This document shows positions 1 through 13,000 of a DNA stretch of 64,000 nt, in pieces; the first letter of the stretch is position 1, and the number at the start of each line of letters is the position of its first letter. The DNA lies in contig CATNEN010000006.1 in NCBI GenBank assembly GCA_950097015.1, forward strand, positions 1-64,000, written 5' to 3'. The stretch comes from Macrostomum hystrix. Lineage: Eukaryota; Animalia; Platyhelminthes. The position numbers and the translations under genes are program-made. The notes under the pieces are model-generated. The model made no database searches, was not told where the DNA came from, and saw nothing but the letters and a program-made list of their open reading frames with translations.

Positions 1-720
1 GGGAGAGATGAGACAGGGGAGAGATGAGACAGGATACTATAGGCGTTGGAAGGGGCAACTGGCCGGACTTGGGAGCCTCGAGGGCCGCATCTGGCCCGCG
101 GGCCGGAGTTTGCCGACCCCTGTGTTAGATGATTATTGCAGATCAGTGAGTCTGTGACAGACCAATTGAACTACCGTGAGGTAGCGAAGGCAAGATGCAG
201 ACCATTGCTCCTATGCAAACAATACAGAAAACCCAGAATTCTATGAGCAAGTAAGTGGTCTCGACAACCAGAGCAAACACACAACTTGAGCTGCCAAACT
301 CACATGCAACCAAGGCCAGTCTTATGCGCACACCGATTTATTTAGTTCGAAACCGAACCTGGTCAAACGGTTGACCAACTCTAGGTATTGAATGTGTGCA
401 TTGAGTGAGATAAGAAATCAGAGTAGAAAAAAGATGGACTTATCGGCAACTCAATCTCTTTCTCATCGGAGACGAGTTGAGAATGTAATATTGCCACGGT
501 GATATGTGAGACTTATAAGAAATAATATTAAATTTATGTACCTACCAACATACTAAATAAACAGAAATATTGTGTGCAACAAAACACGAATTTTCTAACA
601 AGCAGACACCCCCTAAAACAGGTAGGTAGGTACTCCTTTCTAAGAGATGAACACCTCCTTAAAATATGGTGGACACCTCATTCTTATAAAGGTAGGCACC
701 TCTATCTGATTAGGTGGACA

Positions 721-1095
721 CCTCTTTCTGACAAGGTAGATACCTCTTTCTGACAAGGTAGATACCTCTTTCTGACAAGGTAGATACCTCTTTCTGACAA
801 GGTAGATACCTCTTTCTGACAAGGTAGATAACTCTTTCTGACAAGGTAGATACCTCTTCTGACAAGGTAGATACCTTCTTTCTGACAAGGTAGATACCTC
901 TTTCTGACAAGGTAGATACCTCTTTCTGACAAGGTAGATACCTCTTCTGACAAGGTAGATACCTCTTTCTGACAAGGTAGATACCTCTTTCTGACAAGGT
1001 AGATACCTCTTTCTGACATGGTAGATACCTCTTTCTGACATGGTAGATACCTCTTTCTGACAAGGTAGATACCTCTTTCTGACATGGTAGACACC
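721..1095. repeat. 22-bp minisatellite (CCTCTTTCTGACAAGGTAGATA), ~17 copies with degenerate flanking monomers
   Basis: Period of 22 read directly. It accounts for the repetitive ORFs at 640-1135, which are not genes. Confidence 0.97.
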
Positions 1096-2266
1096 CTTTT
1101 AGAACAGACGGACAATATCTTTGGCAAGCAGACACCTCAATCTAATGAGCAGACACCTCTTTCACCTTCCTCCTATTTAAAAACGGCGGACACAACAATG
1201 CAGCAGGTATTGAAAGACAAGTGATAATTACTAAGGTAGTTAGAAAAACAATGCGATCAGTTTTTGCTGGCGCACAGCTCGGTCAGCCAATTAGCACACT
1301 GAAATTCGCGGTGTCTCGCATGAGTGCCAGATGAAGCGGCTGCGTTTGTAAGCTAGAAATTAATGAATGAATAGCAAAGCCCGCTTTGAATTCTATGAAT
1401 TCAACACTATAGAGGAAGTGCTGACGGGCACAAAGCTGAGAGAGAACCAGAGAGACAAAGAAATTCACAGCCGCGAAACTGACCAGCAGTCAGTTAAATT
1501 ATCTCGCGCCAATCGGCCCTAAAAAAAATGAATCTCGCTGTTAGATCCACCAGTGTCCCAGCCCTGGTAACAACGCATCAACAGGCTTCGGTGACTAAGC
1601 GGATAATTCGAAGGGTGTAGGGGATTCTTAAAAAATCACCTTTTGTTCCCCCGTTCTGCCAGGCAAGTCGGAGATCTTTCAATCTCTGCTTGCAGGATGT
1701 TTCAGCCGGCGGACGCATCTACAGATTTTTTGCATCAATTAACACTGGCCCGCCAGCCTCACTGCAAGGGGGGTCTCGGACGATAAGAGGGCCGTCCAGA
1801 CAGGCGCCACCGAAGGCTAATGCTCCCCAATTCCTTATTCTAATATTAGGAATTCAAGCGCTAGATGATGCCGCTACAGAGCTGGCCTAACTATCAGCTG
1901 CCGCCGCTGTTCAAATCTCATTGTGCCGGCATGGCAGACCGATGTCCGGCCAAAGTCTGACATTAGCGCAGTTGGCAGCCCCGTTGTCGGCCGTCTGTTC
2001 CTACAAATGGGCTATAAAAAGCAACAAAAGCAACGAAATGGCTGAAGGGCTCGCAGTCAATGTGTAAAAGTATCGGTCAAACCCGTATAAACTTCGCAAT
2101 TCAACATTTGCTTCTTATACTATTGGAAGTAAGCTAAATATTTCAATCTAAAAAGGGATGTGCGATTGTATTTAGAGACAAATAAATATCTTTTTTGAAT
2201 GAAAGTAAATTTAGGAGAAGTGTTGCTTGAGAACGTAAACACTCCTGAAGCACTCAGACACAATGT

Positions 2267-2605
2267 GGGGTTCAGTGGCAGAGCGGTCTAACGCGTTTGC
2301 CTCTCGCGCCAAGGTCCATGAGTTCGATTCCGCGGCGAGGCCACATTCATTTAGAGCGCAGCCGCGGAGAGAAGGCTTTCGTGAGGGTCAACCTCAACGG
2401 CACATAGAGAGTGTACACTGCCTGACGATGATAAAGTCACTGCAGATGTTGCACCCCTGTGTGAGTGCCTGCGTACAGAATCTGTGTGCGTGTGTGCTCA
2501 GGAGTCAGCGAAATGGGCAGAATTGCTTCCTCGCTGGCTGCGGATCTATAGTGTCACCAAATGATGTGCCATTGCCCTCAGCCCTCCTGCAATTACTATT
2601 ATAAT
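2267..2605 (+). mobile_element. tRNA-derived SINE, family A, near full length
   Basis: A box TGGCAGAGCGG, B box GAGTTCGATTC, body GCAGCCGCGGAGAGAAGGCT, AT-rich tail. Homologous copies at ~21585, 35526, 60838 and 62090. Confidence 0.88.
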
Positions 2606-3075
2606 TCAGGCACAATGTTCGCCATGCAAAAACACAACAGTAACAGTCTGGACCGAAATATCATAGGGAGGCTACGTTAGAACGCAGATCATAATTCCAC
2701 ACCAAGAGAGTTGTTTGAGACCATGCTCAATTCAAGGGATTATAGCTCTGGGAGTCAGGCACGACGAAGTCGCGGATCTTAACGCATTCGTGGCTAATCC
2801 TTCGGCCGATTAATGGGCAAGGGCAGGCGAGTTTTTTCTCTCGATACTTTAACCGGCAGAGCTAGCTCTGAGCTGATGGGCAAATCCTAGAGGTCACAGT
2901 AGAATAGCTTATAAGCCGACTGGTTGATGCGCCGTGTGGTAATGAACATAGAGATTAAACTCTCCATCATGGTTGCGAGACTAGGAACGAGAATTCTGGT
3001 TACGAAACGTCATCCAAAAATTAGTCAGGCTGCTGAGTAGGCGATAAATTGTTGAACTTCTAAGTAGATTAGAAT

Positions 3076-6000
3076 TTTGTTGAAGCTGTGGTTCTATTAA
3101 GGTTTTGATGAAGCTGGGGTTCTATTGGAGTTTTGATGAAGCTGGGGTTCTATTGGAGTTTTGATGGAGCTGTGGTTCTATTGTGGTTTCGATGAAGCTG
3201 GGGTTCTATTGGGGTTTCGATAAAGCTGGGGTTCTATTGGAGTTTCGATGAAGCTGGGGTTCTATTGGGGTTTCGATGAAGCTGGGGTTCTATTGGGGTT
3301 TCGATAAAGCTGGGGTTCTATTGGGGTTTCGATGAAGCTGGGGTTCTATTGTGGTTTCGATGAAGCTGGGGTTCTATTGGGGTTTCGATGAAGCTGGGGT
3401 TCTATTGTGGTTTCGATGAAGCTGGGGTTCTATTGTGGTTTCGATGAAGCTGGGGTTCTATTGGGGTTTCGATGAAGCTGGGGTTCTATTGGAGTTTTGA
3501 TGAAGCTGGGGTTCTATTGGGGTTTCGATGAAGCTGGGGTTCTATTGTGGTTTCGATGAAGCTGGGGTTCTATTGAGGTTTTGATGAAGCTGGGGTTCTA
3601 TTGGGGTTTCGATGAAGCTGGGGTTCTATTGTGGTTTCGATGAAGCTGGGGTTCTATTGTGGTTTCGATGAAGCTGGGGTTCTATTGGGGTTTCGATGAA
3701 GCTGGGGTTCTATTGGGGTTTCGATGAAGCTGGGGTTCTATTGGAGTTTTGATGAAGCTGGGGTTCTATTGGGGTTTCGATGAAGCTGGGGTTCTATTGT
3801 GGTTTCGATGAAGCTGGGGTTCTATTGAGGTTTTGATGAAGCTGGGGTTCTATTGGGATTTTAATGAAGCTGGGGTTCTATTGAGGTTTTGATGAAGCTG
3901 GGGTTCTATTGGGATTTAAATGAAGCTGGGGTTCTATTGGGGTTTCGATGAAGCTGGGGTTCTATTGTGGTTTCGATGAAGCTGGGGTTCTATTGGAGTT
4001 TCGATGAAGCTGGGGTTCTATTGGAGTTTCGATAAAGCTGGGGTTCTATTGGAGTTTTAATGAAGCTGGGGTTCTATTGTGGTTTCGATAAAGCTGGGGT
4101 TCTATTGGGGTTTCGATGAAGCTGGGGTTCTATTGGGGTTTCGATGAAGCTGGGGTTCTATTGGGGTTTCGATGAAGCTGGGGTTCTATTGAGGTTTTGA
4201 TGAAGCTGGGGTTCTATTGGGATTTTAATGAAGCTGGGGTTCTATTGAGGTTTTGATGAAGCTGGGGTTCTATTGGGATTTAAATGAAGCTGGGGTTCTA
4301 TTGGGGTTTCGATGAAGCTGGGGTTCTATTGTGGTTTCAATGAAGCTGGAGTTCTATTGTGGTTTTAATGAAGCTGGGGTTCTATTGGAGTTTTGATGAA
4401 GCTGGGGTTCTATTGGGGTTTCGATGAAGCTGGGGTTCTATTGTGGTTTCGATGAAGCTGGGGTTCTATTGAGGTTTTGATGAAGCTGGGGTTCTATTGG
4501 GATTTTAATGAAGCTGGGGTTCTATTGAGGTTTTGATGAAGCTGGGGTTCTATTGGGATTTAAATGAAGCTGGGGTTCTATTGGGGTTTCGATGAAGCTG
4601 GGGTTCTATTGTGGTTTCAATGAAGCTGGAGTTCTATTGTGGTTTTAATGAAGCTGGGGTTCTATTAAGGTTTTAATGAAGCTGGGGTTCTATTGGAGTT
4701 TTGATGAAGCTGGGGTTCTATTGAGGTTTTGATGAAGCTGGGGTTCTATTGTGGTTTTGATGAAGCTGGGGTTCTATTGTGGTTTCGATGAAGCTGGGGT
4801 TCTATTGGGGTTTTGTTGAAGCTGGGGTTCTATTGGGGTTTTGATGAAGCTGGGGTTCTATTGGGGTTTTGATGAAGCTGGGGTTCTATTGGGGTTTTAA
4901 TGAAGCTGGGGTTCTATTGTGGTTTTGATGAAGCTGGGGATCTATTGGGGTTTTGATGAAGCTGGGGTTCTATTGGGGTTTTGATGAAGCTGGGGTTCTT
5001 TTGGGGTTTTGATGAAGCTGGGGTTCTATTGGGGTTTTGTTGAAGCTGGGGTTCTATTGTGGTTTTAATGAAGCTGGGGTTCTATTGTGGTTTTAATGAA
5101 GCTGGGGTTCTATTGGGGTTTCAATGAAGCTGGGGTTCTATTGTGGTTTCGATGAAGCTGGGGTTCTATTGGGGTTTCGATAAAGCTGGGGTTCTATTGG
5201 GGTTTCGATGAAGCTGGGGTTCTATTGGGGTTTCGATGAAGCTGGGGTTCTATTGGGGTTTCGATGAAGCTGGGGTTCTATTGGGGTTTCGATGAAGCTG
5301 GGGTTCTATTGAGGTTTTGATGAAGCTGGGGTTCTATTGTGGTTTTAATGAAGCTGGGGTTCTATTGAGGTTTTGATGAAGCTGGGGTTCTATTGGGGTT
5401 TCGATGAAGCTGGGGTTCTATTGAGGTTTTGATGAAGCTGGGGTTCTATTGGGATTTTAATGAAGCTGGGGTTCTATTGAGGTTTTGATGAAGCTGGGGT
5501 TCTATTGGGATTTTAATGAAGCTGGGGTTCTATTGAGGTTTTGATGAAGCTGGGGTTCTATTGGGGTTTCGATGAAGCTGGGGTTCTATTGTGGTTTCAA
5601 TGAAGCTGGGGTTCTATTGAGGTTTTGATGAAGCTGGGGTTCTATTGGGATTTTAATGAAGCTGGGGTTCTATTGAGGTTTTGATGAAGCTGGGGTTCTA
5701 TTGGGATTTAAATGAAGCTGGGGTTCTATTGGGGTTTCGATGAAGCTGGGGTTCTATTGTGGTTTCAATGAAGCTGGAGTTCTATTGTGGTTTTAATGAA
5801 GCTGGGGTTCTATTGGAGTTTTGATGAAGCTGGGGTTCTATTGGGGTTTCGATGAAGCTGGGGTTCTATTGTGGTTTCGATGAAGCTGGGGTTCTATTGA
5901 GGTTTTGATGAAGCTGGGGTTCTATTGGGATTTTAATGAAGCTGGGGTTCTATTGAGGTTTTGATGAAGCTGGGGTTCTATTGGGATTTAAATGAAGCTG

Positions 6001-8463
6001 GGGTTCTATTGTGGTTTCAATGAAGCTGGAGTTCTATTGTGGTTTTAATGAAGCTGGGGTTCTATTAAGGTTTTAATGAAGCTGGGGTTCTATTGGAGTT
6101 TTGATGAAGCTGGGGTTCTTTTGGGGTTTTGATGAAGCTGGGGTTCTATTGTGGTTTCAATGAAGCTGGAGTTCTATTGTGGTTTTAATGAAGCTGGGGT
6201 TCTATTGGAGTTTTGATGAAGCTGGGGTTCTATTGGGGTTTCGATGAAGCTGGGGTTCTATTGTGGTTTCGATGAAGCTGGGGTTCTATTGAGGTTTTGA
6301 TGAAGCTGGGGTTCTATTGGGATTTTAATGAAGCTGGGGTTCTATTGAGGTTTTGATGAAGCTGGGGTTCTATTGGGATTTAAATGAAGCTGGGGTTCTA
6401 TTGGGGTTTCGATGAAGCTGGGGTTCTATTGTGGTTTCAATGAAGCTGGAGTTCTATTGTGGTTTTAATGAAGCTGGGGTTCTATTAAGGTTTTAATGAA
6501 GCTGGGGTTCTATTGTGGTTTCAATGAAGCTGGAGTTCTATTGTGGTTTTAATGAAGCTGGGGTTCTATTAAGGTTTTAATGAAGCTGGGGTTCTATTGT
6601 GGTTTCAATGAAGCTGGAGTTCTATTGTGGTTTTAATGAAGCTGGGGTTCTATTAAGGTTTTAATGAAGCTGGGGTTCTATTGTGGTTTTGATGAAGCTG
6701 GGGATCTATTGGGGTTTTGATGAAGCTGGGGTTCTATTGGGGTTTTGATGAAGCTGGGGTTCTTTTGGGGTTTTGATGAAGCTGGGGTTCTATTGGGGTT
6801 TTGTTGAAGCTGGGGTTCTATTGTGGTTTTGATGAAGCTGGGGTTCTATTGGGGTTTTGTTGAAGCTGGGGTTCTATTAAGGTTTTAATGAAGCTGGGGT
6901 TCTATTGTGGTTTTAATGAAGCTGGGGTTCTATTGGGGTTTTGATGAAGCTGGGGTTCTTTTGGGGTTTTGATGAAGCTGGGGTTCTATTGGGGTTTTGA
7001 TGAAGCTGGGGTTCTATTGGGGTTTCGATGAAGCTGGGGTTCTATTGGGGTTTTGTTGAAGCTGGGGTTCTATTAAGGTTTTGATGAAGCTGGGGTTCTA
7101 TTGTGGTTTTAATGAAGCTGGGGTTCTATTGGGGTTTTGATGAAGCTGGGGTTCTATTGGGGTTTCAATGAAGCTGGGGTTCTATTGTGGTTTTAATGAA
7201 GCTGGGGTTCTATTGTGGTTTTAATGAAGCTGGGGTTCTATTGTGGTTTCAATGAAGCTGGGGTTCTATTGGGATTTTAATGAAGCTGGGGTTCTATTGT
7301 GGTTTTAATGAAGCTGGGGTTCTATTGTGGTTTCAATGGAGCTGGGGTTCTATTGTGGTTTTGATGAAGCTGGGGTTCTATTGTGGTTTTAATGAAGCTG
7401 GGGTTCTATTGTGGTTTCAATGGAGCTGGGGTTCTATTGGGGTTTTGATGAAGCTGGGGTTCTATTGTGGTTTTAATGAAGCTGGGGTTCTATTGTGGTT
7501 TCAATGGAGCTGGGGTTCTATTGTGGTTTCAATGAAGCTGGGGTTCTATTGTGGTTTTAATGAAGCTGGGGTTCTATTGTGGTTTCAATGAAGCTGGGGT
7601 TCTATTGGGATTTTAATGAAGCTGGGGTTCTATTGGGATTTTAATGAAGCTGGGGTTCTATTGGAGTTTTGATGAAGCTGGGGTTCTATTGAGGTTTTGA
7701 TGAAGCTGGGGTTCTATTGGGATTTTAATGAAGCTGGGGTTCTATTGGGATTTTAATGAAGCTGGGGTTCTATTGGGATTTTAATGAAGCTGGGGTTCTA
7801 TTGGAGTTTTGATGAAGCTGGGGTTCTATTGAGGTTTTGATGAAGCTGGGGTTCTATTGGGGTTTTGTTGAAGCTGGGGTTCTATTGTGGTTCTGTTGAA
7901 GCTGGGGATCTATTGGAGTTTTAATGAAGCTGGGGTTCTATTGGAGTTTTGATGAAGCTGGGGTTCTATTGAGGTTTTGATGAAGCTGGGGTTCTATTGG
8001 GGTTTTAATGAAGCTGGGGTTCTATTGTGGTTTCAATGAAGCTGGGGTTCTATTGTGGTTTTAATGAAGCTGGGGTTCTATTGGGGTTTTGATGAAGCTG
8101 GGGTTCTTTTGGGGTTTCAATGAAGCTGGGGTTCTATTGTGGTTTTAATGAAGCTGGGGTTCTATTGTGGTTTTGATGAAGCTGGGGTTCTATTGGGATT
8201 TTAATGAAGCTGGGGTTCTATTGGGATTTTAATGAAGCTGGGGTTCTATTGGAGTTTTGATGAAGCTGGGGTTCTATTGAGGTTTTGTTGAAGCTGGGGT
8301 TCTATTGGGGTTTTGTTGAAGCTGGGGTTCTTTTAGGGTTTTGATGAAGCTGGGGTTCTTTTAGGGTTTTGATGAAGCTGGGGTTCTATTGTGGTTTCGA
8401 TGAAGCTGGGGTTCTATAAAGGTTTTGATGAAGCTGGGGTTCTATTAGAGTTATGATGAAGCT
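3076..8463. repeat. 28-bp satellite array (TCGATGAAGCTGGGGTTCTATTGGGGTT), ~190 copies
   Basis: Invariant core TGAAGCTGGGGTTCTATT with a few recurrent variants in the other ~10 bp. ORF 7280-7591 repeats every 28 aa (3 units). Confidence 0.99.
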
Positions 8464-8839
8464 TTTGGGAATCAACAAAATCAGATTGTCACCAGTCACC
8501 AGCTGACAGTAAATGAATTCAGCTGACAGTAAATAAATTAAATCCGTATAAAACTACAATAACAGATTTAAAATTTTATAAAGAAAACGGTTTTACTTTT
8601 ATTTTTAAGGTGCATAATTTTGACAAGCTTAATATGAGTAATCGTAATTGTATTGAATTGAAATTATGAAAATGTAACTTTCGTTAGACAAAAAATAAAA
8701 GAAATGTATGACATTCTAGTAACTAAGTGAAACAAAAACGACTATAAAAACATTTCTTTAAAACGAAGAAATGAAAAAACCTTCAAAAAACACAACCACA
8801 ACAAAACAGTAAAAAATCACCCGAAAATAGCAATTTAGC

Positions 8840-9208
8840 AACTTGACATTACACCTTTAGAAACCTGACATTACACCTTCAGAAACTTGACATTACACCT
8901 TCAGAAACTTGACATTACACCTTCAGAAACCTGACATTACACCTTCAGAAACTTGACATTACACCTTCAGAAACTTGACATTACACCTTCAGAAACCTAC
9001 ATTACACCTTCAGGAACTTGACATTACACCTTCAGGAACTTGACATTACACCTTCAGGAACTTGACATTACACCTTCAGGAACTTGACATTACACCTTCA
9101 GGAACTTGACATTACACTTTCAGGAACTTGACATTACACCTTCAGGAACTTGACATTACACCTTCAGGAACTTGACATTACACTTTCAGGAACTTGACAT
9201 TACTCTTT
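8840..9208. repeat. 22-bp minisatellite (AACTTGACATTACACCTTCAGG), ~17 copies
   Basis: Direct tandem periodicity. Confidence 0.97.
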
Positions 9209-10051
9209 AAGCAGCCAGAAAATCAATCGAAGCTTTATTGCCAAAACAAAAAAAAAATTAGGCGTTTTAATTGTAATAATCAGCAAATGGAACAAGTCGA
9301 ATAAAAAACACACTAAGATTCGCGACTAAAACAAAAAAAATAGTTTAAAAAAACAATGACAAACCAGAAACAAAATCAAAAGTCGAAAATTGACCACCAC
9401 CAATAAAAACGTAGTTTTCTAGCATTTTTGAAGACACGAGTACACATGGAACACTCGTAGTACTCACGGGATAATAGCAAGTCTGGAATCTGTGGGATTA
9501 TGAAGCTATGTATAAATCCAGAAGTGAATTTCACTACTCGAGTACAATATTATTTCACTGGATATAAAACTAAGGTATTCCAAGATCTACCTATTCTGAA
9601 ATCCCTAGCCCTAGTAACGCTTTTGCGTCCAAGGTGCCACGCGAAAAACAATGCTAGAAATAAAAAAAGTAACGTTTTTAAAAATAAAACAAAAATACTA
9701 AGAATTGGCAAAACAGGACATGAAAAAAACATAATAATATAATTTGACATCAACTACTAACAGTAATGATGAGTACAGAACAACGAAAACTCGTGCAAAA
9801 AAGAAATATTCACGCACACTTATTACTTGTAATTATTCCGCCTAATCTACTTGCCAAAAAACCAAAAGATCGCAATAGAACAAAACAAAAAAAACATGAT
9901 ATAAAAAAAAATGTTATAAAAAAACAATAATTCCGTCTTGTGAAAGTAAAATTAACTAATTAACTAATATCAGTGCGCAGGAAAACGAAACCATTAGTTT
10001 CCGAAAAGTTCTTCAGTCAAAGACACAAACATCGAGCTCGAAGCGCTGAGG

Positions 10052-13000
10052 CTACGGAGAGAATTGGCGGTCGGTAAATACCCGATAGAGCGGCATAATC
10101 TGGTCGGGATCGGAGATGACCAGCATAGCGCAGTACTCGGATTTAGTCGCATCTTCAACGCGAACGCAGTCGAAATCGCCCGAGTCCGCTGGAGGCGGGT
10201 GGCTCACCTCTTTTCCTAGCAGAACTTTGCACAGAAGCAGAGCGTCGCCGTAATCCTTGGAGATACGAGTGAACTCTGAGAAGTAGATGCCTTCGCCGTA
10301 GGCCTTGCGAACGCATTTGTCTAAGCGAAAGTTCTCTTTGAAAATCGAATCCGCATTGGCCTTCTTAGTGCCGTGAAAGGCGTACACCCAGGCCGAGTTG
10401 TTGTATTTGTTCAGAAATTCAGTCTGCTTGGCCTGGAACTGGTACTCAAGCTGGGGGTTGCGGTTCACCCACACCTCTGTGATGCTGCCCAGATCGCTTG
10501 CGGTGCCATCGATGCGCAAGTACTCAGATTGCACAGAGGCAAAGTGAAGCGATTCGCAGCTATTGCCGTCAGTCTTGTATCTGCTTGGCCGGATCTTCAG
10601 AATTTGGTTGTGCGTGCTGGATGGTAGCGACAGGTTCGGCAGCTCTGTCTGGTTAGAATAGTGAATTACGTACTGCGGCACGGCTTGTCTGGGATCGAAG
10701 ATCACGAATTCGTCAAACAGGACGCCACCGGAGGACTTGGTGTTTCTTGGCGCAAACAGTGAATCGTAGCCCTTCTGTTTAAGATCTGCGTGCGACCTGT
10801 ATTCCTGAGTTGCCGAAGTGACTTTCAGGCTCTTCCCAATGAGCACGTCGCACAGCAATAGCATATTAGAGCCTTTGGTATAGATCGGCTGGCTGCTCTT
10901 AGACGAATTGGTTGCAAAGTAAATCCCGGCACCGTACATTCCAGCCTTGTTTGGTAGCTTGAAGCCTTCGTTTAAAATGCTTTGCAGCGCATCCGCCGAA
11001 GTTCCGTGGAATTTCTTTTCGCTACGGCCCGGCTCAACAGCCAACTTGGCTTTGAAGTCCAGATACTGCGAGGTGAGCTTGACACTTTCGACTTTCTCAA
11101 TCTTTGTGATAGCCGGATGCCAGCCGTGCTCAGGCTGGATGAAATTCATGACCCGATCGTGTACATCAAGATATTCATCGAGGTCGTCAGCACAGGTTAA
11201 AGTGCGAACAGTTGGAAGCGAATCCTTCCTGGCTCTCAGTTTGGCCAGCTCTTGAAGTGCGCTTCTACGAATCGCCTGCTGCAGCATTAGCGTTTGCTCC
11301 TTCTCGGCGTCAGCTTGAACTTCCGCACAGATCTTGCAGCACTTAGAGTTGCAGGCCTGGCAGCACTGCAGCTGGCAAGGGTGGCCGCATCCTTCCAAAG
11401 GCTTTTTGCAAAGCGCCTCGCAAGAAACCTGACTTTCTGGAGTTGAACACGCTCTTTTAGCCGTGTGCGCGCATGGTAGCACGAACGAGATCTTGACTTG
11501 GCATGCGACGGAGGCGCAGTCAACTGAGCAGATAGACGGGCAGCTGTGTCCGCAAGTGAGCTTGCGCTCGCACTTTGCCTTGCAAACTAACTGCTGTTCA
11601 CTGATGTAGCACGGAACCTGGATGCTGTGATCACAATCGCGAAATATTCTTACTGTCTGGACAAGGCACGGCTTTAAATTGCACAGCTCGCCACACTTGG
11701 ACAAGCACGGATGACTGCAAGGCAGCTTCCGGTTGCAGGCAAGCTGGCAGGTCAGCGTCTGTCGATCCTCGTGACACTTTGTGTTAACGGTGTGCCCGCA
11801 TGGAAACTCAAATGGAATTTTTTCTTGACAAGCGCGGTTTGAGCAGAGCTCGTGACACTTTAGTAGGCATTTGTGGCCGCAGGCAAGCCGTCTCTCGCAA
11901 GGCTTTGTGCAGTTGAAGTAGCTGTCTGGAACTCCACACATCTTCTCAATGACATGAGAACAGTTAGCAAACTGCATCGATACCTTTTCCTTGCAAGTTT
12001 TGCTGCTGATTGACTCAGAGCAAAACTTGGTATCGGAATGTCCACAGTCAGGGTGTTGAAATGGAACAACAACCTTGCAATTGTCGTGCTCCAGGTCATG
12101 TGGCGGTTGACACAGCTGCTGACAATGGTGAAGCTCGCAGGACATCAGGATTCCGCAAGTCTCCTTGCAGAATGATGACATTATCGGAATTTGTTCGTAG
12201 CTCTCAGACTGCACTACAGTCTGAGAATGATTAGGACAGCAAAGCGACAGCTTGGGCCCGACGCAACTAGCATTTTTCATACCGTCAAGTAGATAGCGCC
12301 ACGTTTTGCCTTCAGGACTCTCATAGATGCAGTCGGCATTGCCAATGAAAATCATTGCCAACCTAGCCCTGGATTGGGCCACACAGCGCCGATTGAGCGC
12401 TCGGAGAAAACCGATTTTCTTAGATGGGTTCGAGCGAACCAGAGAAACGATCACTATATCGTTTCTCGTCGCCTTGATAAAGATCAATCGTAAAAATCTT
12501 CAGAGATATTTCCGCCTTCGACTCTACCATCGGCGCTTCGTTGAACTCTTGTTCGTCAAAGTTCTGGTTCGATTGCCTCTTGAATAGAGTGGCTAGGAAG
12601 TCTGACTTGGCAGCAAACTCTTTGAACAACTGCCGTATTAGAGTAGTTTGGCGCCTGTAGGCCGACAAGATAGTGATGCGAGCAGGAGGACATCCTTGGG
12701 TAATCAAGAACACAGCAAGGTGAATACAACGCTGAGCCTCTTCCATGTTAACTGCGCCGTGACCAAGTGCAGCAGTTTCCTGTTTGCTGTGTGTCCAGAA
12801 AAACATCGATCTAGTGAGGGCACTGCGGGATGAGCTGTCTGGTACCAACAACGGCCAGATTGTCACGCAGGTTTGGATAGATGTCTCGGAGTAGAAGACT
12901 GAATTCTGGTTTCATGCGACTTTGCAACTCAAGCTGGTCGTACTTGATACCTCTGGAAATAAGTCGCTCCATCATGGACACGTCCAAGTGATAGTCCTTG

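Noticed and set aside
150-256. Possible orphan exon ending ANNTENPEFYEQ|GTAAGT, reminiscent of a C2 domain
   Set aside because: The frame is short with an upstream stop and no partner exon could be linked. Too weak to call.
640-1135. Repeat-protein ORFs here and at 7280, 23876-24243, 34162-34889, 38936-39702, 41600-42110 and 62915-63561
   Set aside because: They are stop-free translations of minisatellites, open in several frames and mostly inside introns.
3076-8463. CRISPR-like array (constant 18-bp core with a variable part)
   Set aside because: The variable part is ~10 bp drawn from a few recurrent variants, not unique spacers. There are no cas genes and the context is eukaryotic.
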